Assembly: GCA_965235115.1 (NCBI GenBank)
Contig: OZ249446.1
Location: 16,864,001 to 16,928,000, forward strand
DNA: 64,000 nucleotides
From: Laetmonice hystrix
Lineage: Eukaryota
Direction of reading: 5' to 3'
In this document: positions 13,081 to 25,079 of the stretch, one piece after another
Numbering within the stretch: position 1 is the first letter of the stretch
Layout of the letters: the number at the start of each line of letters is the position of its first letter
Notes under the pieces: generated by a model
Databases searched by the model: none
What the model saw: the letters and a program-made list of their open reading frames with translations, nothing else
What the model was told of the DNA's origin: nothing
Made by a program: the position numbers and the translations under genes

Positions 13081-13820
13081 TTGGGTGACAGTCAGACAGG
13101 TGGGGGGTGTTTGGTGACGGTCAGACAGGTGGGGGTGTCAGGTAAGGGTCAGACAGGTGGGGGTTTCAGGTGACGGTTAAACAGGTGGGGGTGTCAGGTG
13201 ACGGTCAGACAGGTGGGGGTGTCAGGTGACGGTCAGACAGGTGGAGGTGTCAGGTGACGGTCAGACAGGTGGAGGTGTCAGGTGACGGTCAGACAGGTGG
13301 AGGTGTCAGGTGACGGTCAGACAGGTGGAGGTGTCAGGTGACGGTCAGACAGGTGGGGGTGTCAGGTGACGGTCAGACAGGTGGGAGTGTCAGGTGACGG
13401 TCAGACAGGTGGGGGTGTCAGGTGACGGTCAGACAGGTGGAGGTGTCAGGTGACGGTCAGACAGGTGGGGGTGTCAGGTGACGGTCAGACAGGTGGGAGT
13501 GTCAGGTGACGGTCAGACAGGTGGGGATGTTTGGTGACGGTCAGACAGGTGGGGATGTTTGGTGACGGTCAGACAGGTGGGGGTGTCAGGTGACGGTCAG
13601 ACAGGTGGGAGTGTCAGGTGACGGTCAGACAGGTAGGGATCTTTGGTGACGGTCAGACAGGTGGGGATGTTTGGTGACGGTCAGACAGGTGGGAGTGTCA
13701 GGTGACGGTCAGACAGGTGGGAGTGTCAGGTGACTGTCAGACAGGTGGGGTGTTTGGTGACGGTCAGACAGGTGGGAGTGTCAGGTGACGGTCAGACAGG
13801 TGGAGGTGTCAGGTCAGACA
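13081..13820. repeat. 28-bp minisatellite, ~26 copies
   Basis: gtcaggtgacggtcagacaggtggRRgt repeated with period 28. Confidence 0.95.
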
Positions 13821-14567
13821 GTGGAGATTGTCTGCCCCCCCCCCCCCCCCCCATTGTTCCAGATGTACTAAATGCATGCTGCTTGCTGCGCGAAGTTCTC
13901 CACACACACCGAGTATTGCATTTCTATCTCTCCTTTACACGCCGGCCCAGTGATATCAAACATTCTACTAACCTAATATTTTTTTTACCTGCCATCGAAA
14001 ACCAGGTACAAACAAAGAGATGTCTTCTCAAAATAACACGAGGAACAATTAAGATTGCGGTCCTTCTTAATTATTTATATGGGCCTATATTTATAGGTAA
14101 GGTATATAGATATATCGAGATCCCGTATTTTGACACCCCCCCCCCCCCTCAGTCACAGTGGATTCCTTCCGTCTACCCTAAAAGAATTCACATTTTCACA
14201 CCGATGCACTGACCCGTCAATATCGTGCTACGATCGAGACATTATTAGAGGTTGAATGAAGGGACCTTTGTCCGTCGGAGGGCGGTCCGTCAGAGCAAAA
14301 CTAAAAGGGTTCAGGATATTTTCCAACTATCCTGTCACATTTATATAGCCATAGTAGGAGTCTGTAAGACCCCTAGCTGGAAGCTTTTTATTCTGTTAAC
14401 TTAGTTTTGTAAATTATCCCGTCTTCTGCCCCCCCCCCCCCTCTCCGCCACTTTGTTCTCGCCATCCCAACCACACGCCTTCCCTATATTCCCACACCCC
14501 ATGTTACCCCAGCCCCACATGACAGACACCTTACTCAGGTAGACCTTCCGGCTCTCTCTTGTTTCAG

Positions 14568-14681
14568 AATTATATCCAAAATGTGCAGCACAAGCTGTCG
14601 CCAGCGTTACGGAGTATCACTGGTGTGGCAGCGGAGACAGAACCTGACAGCACGCAGACCGCACTCTCCCAAGTGCCTTGA
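14568..14681 (+). CDS. TMEM198: TMEM198 terminal coding exon
   Basis: ctctctcttgtttcag acceptor, phase 0; NYIQNVQHKLSPALRS...QVP-stop; corresponds to SYIQS after NGDVL in vertebrate TMEM198. Confidence 0.85.
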   Translation, partial: NYIQNVQHKLSPALRSITGVAAETEPDSTQTALSQVP

Positions 14682-17269
14682 CCCCCGAGTTCACCTAGGC
14701 AGCGGCTTCACTAGGGCTCCCTCTGGCGGTCAACACCTGTCGTAGAACACATGTACCACACACAGCAGGGTGGAGGACAAAATAATCGTGCTTTCAGCAA
14801 AATTCAGGCTGACACTATATAAAGGACGGAGCTGTCTCTGCTGGCTTGGAATATCTATATAATGATAATAGGCCTATGGCATGTGTTCTTAGTCGGTGGC
14901 ACAGTCCCTGATGCCGAGTAGGAGGGTTTTATGATAACGTGTAGGCCTACATGAGGACATCGAGGCTGACATGGTAAAGTTCTGTCAGAATGTGACATCA
15001 TTCTGTGCCCTGGTTCTGGTGGAGACGCTGCTAAATGTTATCTGTATGACGTCACAGAAACGCCCCGTATGCAGAGCATTCAGCATGGGAAGGGCCTCCC
15101 ACGTCTCGTAAAGGTTTTATTGTTAGGGTCGATTTCTGACCACTAGAAACGACTATCATTATCGGCTCAAGGTCATGTGGTGTGATCTTGAGATGTCAAA
15201 CAAAGTCGGATTTTCATTTGGTGCTTGTGATTGTGACGTCAGGACACGTCACAGATGATTACTGGGAATGGACGGTAGCGCCGCCCTGGGGCTGATTGTG
15301 ATAAGGCCGGAAAACGTGGCTAAGGCCAAAGACGTTGGGCATGCCTGCCTCGGTTCACAGCCGCGAATGTCATGACATTTACGCTAGGGGGCGTACCAGT
15401 ATGGGTCAGCCCACTAGGTGTCGCTTCTAGCCCGTATGCGGAATTTGTACAAGTTATTGCCGCCAGGTGGTACCACCGGGTGCCGACACTCCACTGTCTG
15501 GTTTCTGTCGATTTTTGCCAGCCCCGGTGGCGATCAGCCGAAACTATCCCTGGCTTGAGGACATTCTAACTGGAACAAACAATTGTTGATATGTGCTAAA
15601 ACATGTAAGGTATTCTAAGGTTCCTGCTGAATGGCAGTATTTGGTGCCTTTTTGGTTTTGATAAGGTTCTTTGATAGCGCCGTTCAAAAGGTACGCAGTT
15701 AAATGTTGTGGATATGTTACTTGTCATGTGACTCCAGGGGTAAATCCAAGCAGCTGAAGAACTTGGTATTTTACTAATACTGGGCTCTGGTGCAAGTATA
15801 TTTTTTACGTAACTTTAAAAGGTTCAATCTGGAACCAGTTATAAATATTCCACATGTTTATAACGTGTTTAGGCCACTAGTTGTTAAATAGCTGTTTACC
15901 ATATAGATAACGTTTAAGAAATAAGTGATTGACCGTTCATAGAGGGCATAGTCATAGAATGCCTTAACAAATACAATACTGAAATAGTTAAGACAAAATA
16001 TTAATTACATTTCTTCAAAGAGAACTTGTTTGAACCGTCGCCCTGATGAAAATGATAGATTATAAGTATCCAAGGATGGTTGTCTTACTAAATGGCAAAG
16101 ACTCGCAGAACGTCACGGCGTTCTTTGAAAGACTTCAATATCAGCGGGCCTATGTTAGGCGTACACCAAAACTTTTGCAGGACTAGTCTTACCTAGGTCT
16201 ACCTTGAGTGTACTGATATAACTATCAAGTATGGTGTAGAGTCAGACCAGTGCTGTGTTGTAAATACGAAAGCATTGTGTTAACATTGTCTGACTGAAAG
16301 ACCTTGTGTATAGTTTTGAGATTTCCAAGTGATGCTGTATATAATTCAGTGTTGATATATTTTACTTCCAAAAGCTGAGAATGTCACATACTTAAAGATG
16401 ATGAGGGTGCGCGTCTGCCTACACAAGGATAAAGTTGGACAAGTTCGTCCAAGAAATTACTCCGCAGTTTTCACGGGGGGGAAAGGCAAACCCCTACAGA
16501 AAGCAAACCAAAAGAAGCGGGTAAATAGCCAAACAGAAGGACTGATATTAATGCTCCACAATCCTTCTTACCCTGTATAGAACCGTGTTTTCGTAGGACG
16601 TTGAAGACAAACGACCCATCGTGTATTTTATCTAGTGTACATGTGCACGCTAAACCCGATTGTATGGATGCGCCTGGAGTGAGTGGTTTTTGTTAGTGGG
16701 TCTGGTGCAGTCAGTAACTGTCTCAAAGAGATCTGTATATTGTCCATGGCAGGAGTAATTTGAGAAATGTTGGCTTACAAAGGCTGAGATAAAATCGCGA
16801 TACATTTTACTGTATGTGTGACTGTGTGTTAGTGGACTCCCACTGGCTGATTGTAGAGAGAAGACGAGATTTGGCCAATGGCATCGGAACAGTTCTTTTT
16901 CCTTCTTTTTTTTGTAAATTGGGGAAAGGGGTCGACAGGACTTCGAAATGGGATTGACATTTATTGGGGGTTGAGCCTATGTAGTGAGGCTGCATCAAGC
17001 GTGGAGTATTACTGTAAACCCTTAATTAAAGCCTCACTTGTAATGAAAGCCGCATCCACGATTTTGTTCTACCCAAACATTTTGCTCATTGTCACAGTAC
17101 AACCTATTTGAAGTTGCAGGGAGGTTTTCTGTCCGTCTCTTACATTATGCCTTTATGCATTTTGAAACTGAACCTTTAATAGAAACCATGAGTTGAATTA
17201 AAAGTTTATGGTACACAAAGAGAAAGAGTTAAAGAGAAAAGTGGGGGGTATTATGCATCGTTTCTTCTG

Positions 17270-17500
17270 AAGACTGCCCCCCCCCGTTCCGACGCCTTCA
17301 GGACTTGGGTGGCCGATATTTCATGGTAAGCTAGTTGTGTAGGGAGTGGTTGATGCAGCATGGCATTGATATCGTTTGCTAAAACAGGGTTGTCCGTAAG
17401 ACTGTTGCAGTGTGCACAAACGGACGTACGCAAGTAGTAGAAGTTTGAAGTTCAGTATACATTCTGACTGGATCAACCAGTAACGATCCAGGAATTGCCA
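17270..17500 (-). mobile_element. L2/CR1-like LINE 3' remnant
   Basis: RYWLIQSECILNFKLLLLAY resembles the LHWLP..RI.FKLLLL.YK motif. Confidence 0.35.
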
Positions 17501-17842
17501 AAATTTCAGATACTGTATGTAGTATGTGCGATGTCCTACATACATCCCGTTATAAGTCTATCCAAAAGAGTTTGAAAAGTTGACCTTGTTACCATGCCAA
17601 CCTGGCTTCAAACCGTCAAACATCATCGTGTTAGGACGGAGGGCATTGAATCTAAACGTTTTTTTGGTCAGAAACATGCAAAATATGTGCAATATTTTAT
17701 AGCAGTATATATAGGCTTGTGTATACTAGTAATCTCTGCATATATACGGACCTTTTGTACCGCTAGGTGCAATAAAACAGATGTTAAGCTACGAGGTGCT
17801 GCTTGTAAATGGGGTGACGCTGATGGTATAGGGGGAGGCCAG

Positions 17843-17935
17843 CTGGGGGCCGTTGCATAAATTCCCGCTTGCTAAAATTGCAATGGAATTATAATGGTAA
17901 TTTTAGCGAACGGGCATTTGTACAACCGTCCCCTG
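17843..17935. mobile_element. Small hairpin MITE
   Basis: Imperfect ~37-bp inverted repeats ctgggggccgttgcataaattcccg...cgggcatttgtacaaccgtcccctg. Confidence 0.55.
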
Positions 17936-18290
17936 TCCCAGGGGAAAGTTTGATTAAAAAGTCCTCACATACTTTCACCTTGGGTCACATAATCATCATC
18001 ATTCTCCGTAACAGTTGAACAACATGTTGGATCAAAATGATAATACACACCCATCCCACCCTCCCGAACCAGCACAGGAATATATGCATGTTTATCGGGG
18101 ACAAAGAGCGACGGCAGGAAAAATGAGGCAGAAATATCGTTTATAATAAGTCGCGTTTATACGGGGAGGTTGTCCGCCGGCAACATGCTGTGCCCAGGCG
18201 TAGTGTGTATTTAAGATTACTGCCTCATGCATAGCTCGAAAACATCGTCGAAATAAGGCGCGGAAATACTATCGGATAAGTAGGAGTTAA

Positions 18291-18716
18291 AGGGAAACTT
18301 CAGTCAAAATCCATTTCATAATGTAAACAAGGATGGGGTAAATTTCCGGATAGGCCCTAGAAGCAATCAAAAACACGAAAGTCGGAGGATATCAGTTGTT
18401 AGTCGAAAGACAGGCCCTGCCAGTTGTCGTCACAACGATTTGCGCTGAAATGATAAACGTAGATTTTGTTGAAATGGATGATTTTGTGGTCAAGTTTCAA
18501 GCTAAGTGCATGCATTATTCATTGCAATGGGCCTCCACGACGTTGGGGAGGAGGGACGTTAGATATGGCAGGAGGGGGGGGGGGGGCAAGTGAGAAGAAA
18601 TATTGTGTTTCTGAATCATTTTGACCGTAAAAAAAGTGATTAATTCTGTACATACTTTGGTAGGAACTGAGCTTGATTCTTCCCATGGATAAATGAGTGG
18701 CGGATGAAGTTTCCCT
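18291..18716. mobile_element. TTAA-flanked non-autonomous DNA transposon (Kolobok-like termini)
   Basis: TTAA|AGGGAAACTTCA...TGAAGTTTCCCT|TTAA. Confidence 0.75.
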
Positions 18717-19625
18717 TTAAGTATCGGAGAAGACCAAACAAAACTTCCTTTTGTCGACCCGCCGTGCTTTTGAATTTCCTGGTATAATTGTATCCTAATA
18801 AAGCGAAGGAAACTCCGATATTCTCTACACGAAATTTTCTCATGAATGATTAACCGAAATTAACAGCGTTTTTAATTACGAGCTGAATTGTTTCCATTAT
18901 ATCTATCTATGTCCTTCAGTCGAAGGTTGTCGTTTCCGCCTGATTATTGCACACACTCTGGGAGTGTTGACCTTCCATACGTTACAATCTGGTTCTCTGG
19001 AAACTAGAAAAATACATCAAGTCGCTTATTTCACTTATTTACAAGGGTACACTAGTCATTGGAGATAACAAAAACAAAACTATTGAAAATAATCTTTCTT
19101 ACGTAAAAGTCGCACGATTTCACAGTTTTAACGAGTGGAAACTGCTCGGGAGGGGGGGGGGGTTACATATTTCCCTATTGCAAATGGACTTGGCTGAAAA
19201 TAAAGGAATATAAGTTCGATATTATTATCCAATATCTTTCTGTCTACAAGTTCTTCTTTCGTGTTTTATACATTTAAAATAAATTAGAAGGTTAAATATC
19301 GTGCATGATTGGTGGGAGTCGAGGCTTAGGGTATTACAAGCCCTGTATGTAGACCTAAATTTCACTAATTAGTAACCTTTCTTTCGTGAAAATAACAAAC
19401 TACGGTTTTTACAATGTCACAAGTTTATTGTGCATTAAAGGTGGAAAAAACGGAGGTCTAATTCTTATAAGGGGTTGAAGGTCCCCCCCCCACCATCTTT
19501 CAAAATCCTGAATCCGGCGCTGCAACACAATATAAAATATGTAGCCACAATCCTATTTAAAAACATATTCTAAATGTATACTCTAATTGATTCTTTCTTT
19601 TTCTTTTATTCTCCCCTAGAGGGGA

Positions 19626-19777
19626 GTGGGCCAATCCCGGAGGTACTGCAATACCGGGCCAACCCGTGGCGGTGGAGGAGTAAACCCCTGAGCCACCGCC
19701 CAGTTCCAAAAATCAGTTTAATATCGAAGCGGTGCATGCACCGCGTATCAGATATTAAGCTGATAAGAACAGATACT
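19626..19777 (-). ncRNA. U2: U2 snRNA 3' portion (approx. nt 36-187), separated from its 5' end by a retrotransposon
   Basis: Reverse complement reads AGTATCTGTTCTTATCAGCTTAATATCTGATACG..., Sm site AATTTTTG-type (TGATTTTTGG), stem-loops IIa, IIb, III and IV (GTATTGCAGTACC loop) intact. Confidence 0.98.
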
Positions 19778-19904
19778 TTTTTTTTTTTTTTTTAAAATAG
19801 CACTGCTTTATTCATTAAGACATTATTATTTACATTTCGCAGTGCTTTTCACAATGACAAATCATATCTTTTTCCAATTACAATAAATACTAAAATTAAC
19901 AAAT

Positions 19905-20030
19905 TAATGGGAGCAGCAGGCTTGCGGGGGGCCCTTGGTCTCCTGACTAGGGACATACCCCGTTGTGGGGCGCGAGTCGACCAAGTCCCGAAAAGGACTC
20001 GGGGCGAAAAAGGAAAAACCTGCCTATGAA
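19905..20030 (-). other. GC-rich, multi-helix structured element in the retrotransposon 3' UTR
   Basis: Complementary pairs GCAGG/CCTGC, CTTGGTC/GACCAAG, GGGAC/GTCCC, GCCCC/GGGGT and CGAGTC/GACTCG within an AT-rich UTR. Confidence 0.55.
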
Positions 20031-21325
20031 CAAAATAAGCTTTAAGGACAACAAAGATATAATTGGACAAAATTAAACAAATAACAATAATTAACAAACT
20101 TGCAGGGGTCCTTCTTTAATTCTTTGGCCTCTTTAACTAGAGACTCTAGTACCCGGTAAACGACCTAAAGGAAACCAACCTAACTTACAACTTAGAGACA
20201 AAACGTAACCAAGAACTCAATCATGCACCAAAATGCAAACTTTGAAACCGCAAATCAAAACAATGCAAAGAAACACATATCTAGGACCAAAGTCCATACT
20301 GCCCAACAAACCTAAAGGCAACTCATGCATTTTTTAACAAAGAGCTCAAACTCTAGAGGTAAAAGAAAAACACATATCACTGTCCAAGGGCCGTAATGTC
20401 AGACAAAACAAAAAATGCAACCCATGCACTTACATAAAGGCAAAGCAAATTGTTACTATAATCAGCATTTAGCTCCATATAGCTACCAAGTCCGACTTGC
20501 AACATAGTAACAAACAAACCAATAAATAACATCGACCACACTTAATCTTTCTTGGCCTATAATCAACAAAGGGCACAAACTCTAAATACAAGAAGATAAA
20601 CACATATCACTGACCAAAGTCCTTAGTACAAAACAGATCAAAAATGCAACTCATGCACTTACATAAGGACAAAGCATACTGTCACTATAATCTACCTTTA
20701 GTCTCATATGGACTAGCAAGTCCTGATATAAATCATGGTACCAAATAAATTTAACATCAGCCAAGCATCAATCTACTTTGGCCTATAATTAAAGGAGCTC
20801 CATGCAAACACAAGCTCAACATAAAGTAAATAAAAATAAATTAAGAATAATGACAAATTAACGCAACATGAAACCAAAACATATGCCTTCGTAATTACCC
20901 AACTCAATATGGGGTTGTATTCTTATCTTTACTAACACATCGCACTTAACTCCAACGTAACAAAATATCATAACATAGAAAGACTAGTTAAGCTTCTAAA
21001 TAACTCAACTATAACGTAGGATAAACGTTGTAGCAAAATAACAAACACAAATCAACATAAACCAAATACAACTAAGTAACAAACTATAACATAGGATAAA
21101 CTTTGTAATATAATAACGAAAACACATCAACATAATCCAAATACAACTAAGTAACTCAACTATAACGTAGGATAAACGTTATATCATAATAACAAAAACA
21201 AATCAACATAATCCAAAAACAACTTATAATTCGAATCTACCTTCATATATACTACCTGTTCTCAGGGATCCTGGTAGTTCTACAACAAAATATAACATCA
21301 ATTAATTAACTTATCAAACACTCTC

Positions 21326-24300
21326 TTATTGACTTAACAATCCTGCCATCTCCTCCTGAAACCAATCATACCATACATAATGGTTTTTAAGTTTAAGATC
21401 TTTATAGCGCACCCTGTCAGCTTTATACCTTCTTCTTATGAAACCAATCCAGCTTCTTCCCAAACCTTTAGTGTCTACAGACATTCTTTCATAAACTACT
21501 AGACATCTTTGGGTCCATATAACCTTCTTTAGTGAATGGACTAAAAACAAAATACTTGATTTAACAGGTGCAGAGCATGGAAAGGTAAAATAGGAATAAC
21601 AAATAGTAGGAATATCTACTATGAAGGGTTTACCTAGTAATCTCGCTATTACTCTACTCAACACATCGAGCAATGGAACTACCACTGGACAAAAAACAAA
21701 TAAGTGGTAAAAATCTTCCACACCTTTACAATCTCCTAAAGAACAAAGTGCATTTCCCCTCCCATATTTTGATATCCAAAAATGTTTTGTTGGGAAAATT
21801 CCATATGCTGCTCGGTAAGCACAATAAATTAAATCGTAACCCAAGAAAGGGTTAAACACATTCTGAAAGGTGACTGAAAAATTTACTCCTGGATAATTCC
21901 TGGGGGTAACTTTTGGTTTTATGCTCAAATTGACCAATTTTACATAAATATTCTTTGTAGTTTGATTGTTCCAATCAAACCCAGCTTCTACCATTTTCTC
22001 AAATTTTTGGAGAGCCTCTTTGTAAAACATCGGGACATAAACTGGAGGCATTAGAACTGTATCCCTCCTAAGAGCTCTTAATCTAAACCTAGTCCAAAAC
22101 AATGCATAGTCCTTCCATTTATGGTCAAAATCATCATTTAGTATTTTACAAATGTGGCCTATCCTAAACGCCACTAGCTTAAGACCAACTTCCACCAGCC
22201 TTATTCCCCCATCTCTATAGTCTAAATGAAGTGTATTCCTAGCTATGTATTCATGTCCTCCACCCCACACAAAGTTAAAAATAATAGTTCTAATCTTTTT
22301 AACATAATATTCCGGGATGTCTAAGACATGTCCGACATACCATACTTTTGATAACCCCACACTATTTGCTATTTTCCCTCTCCCAATTAAAGTCAGTGCT
22401 CGTCCATTCCAACTATCTAAAGTTGTCTTTAGCTTCCCTACGACTCTTTCCCAATTCAATTGTTCTATCTTATAACCTTTGTCATCTACCTCCCCTTCTA
22501 TTTCCTTATCCGTCTTTGAGAAAAAATAAACTCCTAATAATTTAATGGGTTGGTTTGAGAATGAAATACCTTCAATCATTACTGTGTTTCTATATTTCAG
22601 TCTCCCCACCCACAATCCTCTACACTTATTCTTGTTTAACCCACCCCCTGCTACACTAGCATACGCTTCACATTCTCCTAAAACATATCTGACTGCTGTC
22701 TCGTCCTCCAAAACACACGTTAAATCATCAGCAAAAGAAACCATCTTAACTCTATTACTGGTGAAAGGTGATCTAATGCCTATAATTCTTTCATTAGCTT
22801 TAATTGCCAACAACAGAGGTTCTATTACAAGAACATAAAGCAATGGTGACAATGAGCACCCCTGTCTAACAGATCGACTAATCGGAAAAGGACGGGTAAG
22901 AAACCCATTAACTAAAACCTGACTATTACACCCGTTATATAATAAACGGACAAAATTGATTATATACGGTCCAAACCCGTATGCTTCTAGGCATTTAAAA
23001 AGGAATTCATGGCTCACACAATCAAATGCTTTTCTTTGGTCAAGACTGAGCAATACTCCCGTTGCATTAGTAGTGTCAACAAAATCAATAATATTCCGGA
23101 GTAAATGTAAATTATCCTGAATAGCCCTGTGGGGAACTGCACATGCTTGTTCTTTAGAAACCAACAAGTGTAATACCTTTTTTAACCTATTAGTTAGACT
23201 TTTAGAAATTATTTTATAATCAACATTGAGGAGACTAATAGGTCTCCAAGACCTCAGGTTATTTTTGTCTTCCCGGTTTTTACAAATGAGTCTGACATAA
23301 CCTAATTTTTGACTTTCCGTTAATGATCCAGTAACATAGTTATTATTAATCATTTCAGTAAGAAATGGTCCAATCACGTTAATATATCTCTTATAAAATT
23401 CGACTGGTAAACCATCTGGCCCAGGAGCTTTATTGAATTTCATTGCTTTGACAGTTCTTTTGACCTCCTCTAAGGAGATAAGTCCTTCCAAATTGTCAGA
23501 ATCTACTTGATCTAGCTTGGGCAACCTATTTAAAAAATACTGTTCAAAGGTTCTGTCACTGGGAACCTTGGAAAAAAGTGATCTATAAAAACGATGACAT
23601 TCCTCAAGGATATCTTCATTTTTACTTACAATTCCTCTTTCTGTTTCTAAAGCAGAAATATATTTGTCAGCCGCATTACGGCTTTCTTTAATTCTAAAAT
23701 ATTGCGAAGGTTGTTCAGCATTATCTAGATCAATAACTCTAGATCGTATGATTTCACCTTCAATTTTCTTTTGTTGGGCCTGTTTTAGGCTTTCTTTAAC
23801 ATTATCTAAAATATTGACATAAATACCTGGAGATTGTTTTTCTTTCTCCATAATTTGATGCAAGGCACTTTCTAAATTTTGAATTTCTAAATTTCTTTGT
23901 GCACTTAAACGTCTCGAATGCTTAATAATCAGTTTTTTAATTTCCTTTTTGCAATAATCCCACCACTCCCCGTCGAAAAATTCATCTTTTGAAAGGGTTG
24001 ATGACCAAAGAACTTTAAATTCATTATTAAAAAGAGCGTCTTCTAAAACTTCAATGTTGCATTTCCAATATCCGGGCCCTCTAGGGCTCTGACATTGGTG
24101 AAAATTAATTTCACAAAAAACTAAATGGTGATCTGAAAAACTCACCTCTATTGTCGACATATTTTGAAGTTCATTAACGACAGTTTTGGTTGTATAAATC
24201 CTATCCAGTCTTGTAAAAACATTTTCAGCTTTAGAATGGTAGGTAATAATAACTTTGTTCGGATCAAGAACTCTCTGAATATCAACTAAATTGTGGGAAT

Positions 24301-24808
24301 CTTTAAATAATTTAAACTCATTAATGCCAATGTTACCTCTTTGAGGGTTTCCACCAATTTTGTCGAGAGTTAAGTTCTCAACAAAATTGAAATCGCCACC
24401 TACAAATAAAACCCTTGTAGTAAAACATAGACGGTTTAAAACCTCTATAAAGGCTACTCTCTCATGTGGTAAGCACGGTAAATAAATATTGACAAAACGA
24501 ACTGCCACTCCCATTAAAATTCCGTCCACTATGACATATCTGCCAGAATCATGTGTTCTTACCGAAGTAACTTCACAGTCTAATTTACTAGAAATAATGA
24601 TTGAAACTCCACAACTAAAAGAGGAGCCGAAACTAGAGAAGATAAACCCGTCTGTGGCTTGCTCCCATTCTCTGTTGTGACTTTGGGCAGTAAAGTGGGT
24701 TTCTTGTAAGAAACAGACATCTAATCTTTTTCTATGAAAAATTTCCGAGAATAATCTGACTTTATCCCCCCTTAACCCTCCATTGACATTTAAAGTGGCC
24801 AATCTCAT
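21326..24808 (-). CDS. Retrotransposon ORF2: APE endonuclease, reverse transcriptase and C-terminal CCHC finger (1160 aa)
   Basis: APE: TLNVNG, LQETH, GGDFN, RLDRIY, SDHH. RT: KAPGPDGLP, WRPISLLNVDYK, DQRKAFD, RQGCSLSP, FADD. C-terminus: C..C...EDFYHLFVFC. Confidence 0.98.
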   Translation of the reverse strand: MRLATLNVNGGLRGDKVRLFSEIFHRKRLDVCFLQETHFTAQSHNREWEQATDGFIFSSFGSSFSCGVSIIISSKLDCEVTSVRTHDSGRYVIVDGILMGVAVRFVNIYLPCLPHERVAFIEVLNRLCFTTRVLFVGGDFNFVENLTLDKIGGNPQRGNIGINEFKLFKDSHNLVDIQRVLDPNKVIITYHSKAENVFTRLDRIYTTKTVVNELQNMSTIEVSFSDHHLVFCEINFHQCQSPRGPGYWKCNIEVLEDALFNNEFKVLWSSTLSKDEFFDGEWWDYCKKEIKKLIIKHSRRLSAQRNLEIQNLESALHQIMEKEKQSPGIYVNILDNVKESLKQAQQKKIEGEIIRSRVIDLDNAEQPSQYFRIKESRNAADKYISALETERGIVSKNEDILEECHRFYRSLFSKVPSDRTFEQYFLNRLPKLDQVDSDNLEGLISLEEVKRTVKAMKFNKAPGPDGLPVEFYKRYINVIGPFLTEMINNNYVTGSLTESQKLGYVRLICKNREDKNNLRSWRPISLLNVDYKIISKSLTNRLKKVLHLLVSKEQACAVPHRAIQDNLHLLRNIIDFVDTTNATGVLLSLDQRKAFDCVSHEFLFKCLEAYGFGPYIINFVRLLYNGCNSQVLVNGFLTRPFPISRSVRQGCSLSPLLYVLVIEPLLLAIKANERIIGIRSPFTSNRVKMVSFADDLTCVLEDETAVRYVLGECEAYASVAGGGLNKNKCRGLWVGRLKYRNTVMIEGISFSNQPIKLLGVYFFSKTDKEIEGEVDDKGYKIEQLNWERVVGKLKTTLDSWNGRALTLIGRGKIANSVGLSKVWYVGHVLDIPEYYVKKIRTIIFNFVWGGGHEYIARNTLHLDYRDGGIRLVEVGLKLVAFRIGHICKILNDDFDHKWKDYALFWTRFRLRALRRDTVLMPPVYVPMFYKEALQKFEKMVEAGFDWNNQTTKNIYVKLVNLSIKPKVTPRNYPGVNFSVTFQNVFNPFLGYDLIYCAYRAAYGIFPTKHFWISKYGRGNALCSLGDCKGVEDFYHLFVFCPVVVPLLDVLSRVIARLLGKPFIVDIPTICYSYFTFPCSAPVKSSILFLVHSLKKVIWTQRCLVVYERMSVDTKGLGRSWIGFIRRRYKADRVRYKDLKLKNHYVWYDWFQEEMAGLLSQ

Positions 24809-24868
24809 TATGGGCTAGGATGGAAAAAAAAACAACTAGTATTACACTTTTAACTAATAGATCTTCAT

Positions 24869-24970
24869 TTACATCCTACCATCATAACCAACCAACACAA
24901 CATACAATAGTCTCACCTTCTCTCCTCTTAACCCTCCATTATCATTGACATTGAAAGTGACCAATCTCAT
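24869..24970 (-). other. 33-aa mini-ORF duplicating the ORF2 N-terminus
   Basis: MRLVTFNVNDNGGLRGEKVRLL... versus ORF2 MRLATLNVNGGLRGDKVRLF; offset 162 bp. Confidence 0.85.
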
Positions 24971-25079
24971 TAAGGGCCAGGATGGAGAAAGATAGTTTTA
25001 ACATTAGTTCATCATTTTCATCTTACCGTCATAATCAACCAACAAACATTGATACAAATTACAATTTACAATCACCCCT

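Noticed and set aside
11916-13830. ORFs in the 43-bp and 28-bp arrays (and likewise at 41542-42006, 47967-48868, 59369-59912, 61202-61532)
   Set aside because: Open frames arise from tandem-repeat periodicity; no coding signal.
19930-20000. Hammerhead-like CTGACTA-GGGAC...GTCCC-GAAA on the + strand
   Set aside because: The core is CUGACUA rather than CUGANGA, no valid stem III/UH site follows, and it is antisense to the element. It is better explained as the reverse complement of the structured 3' element.
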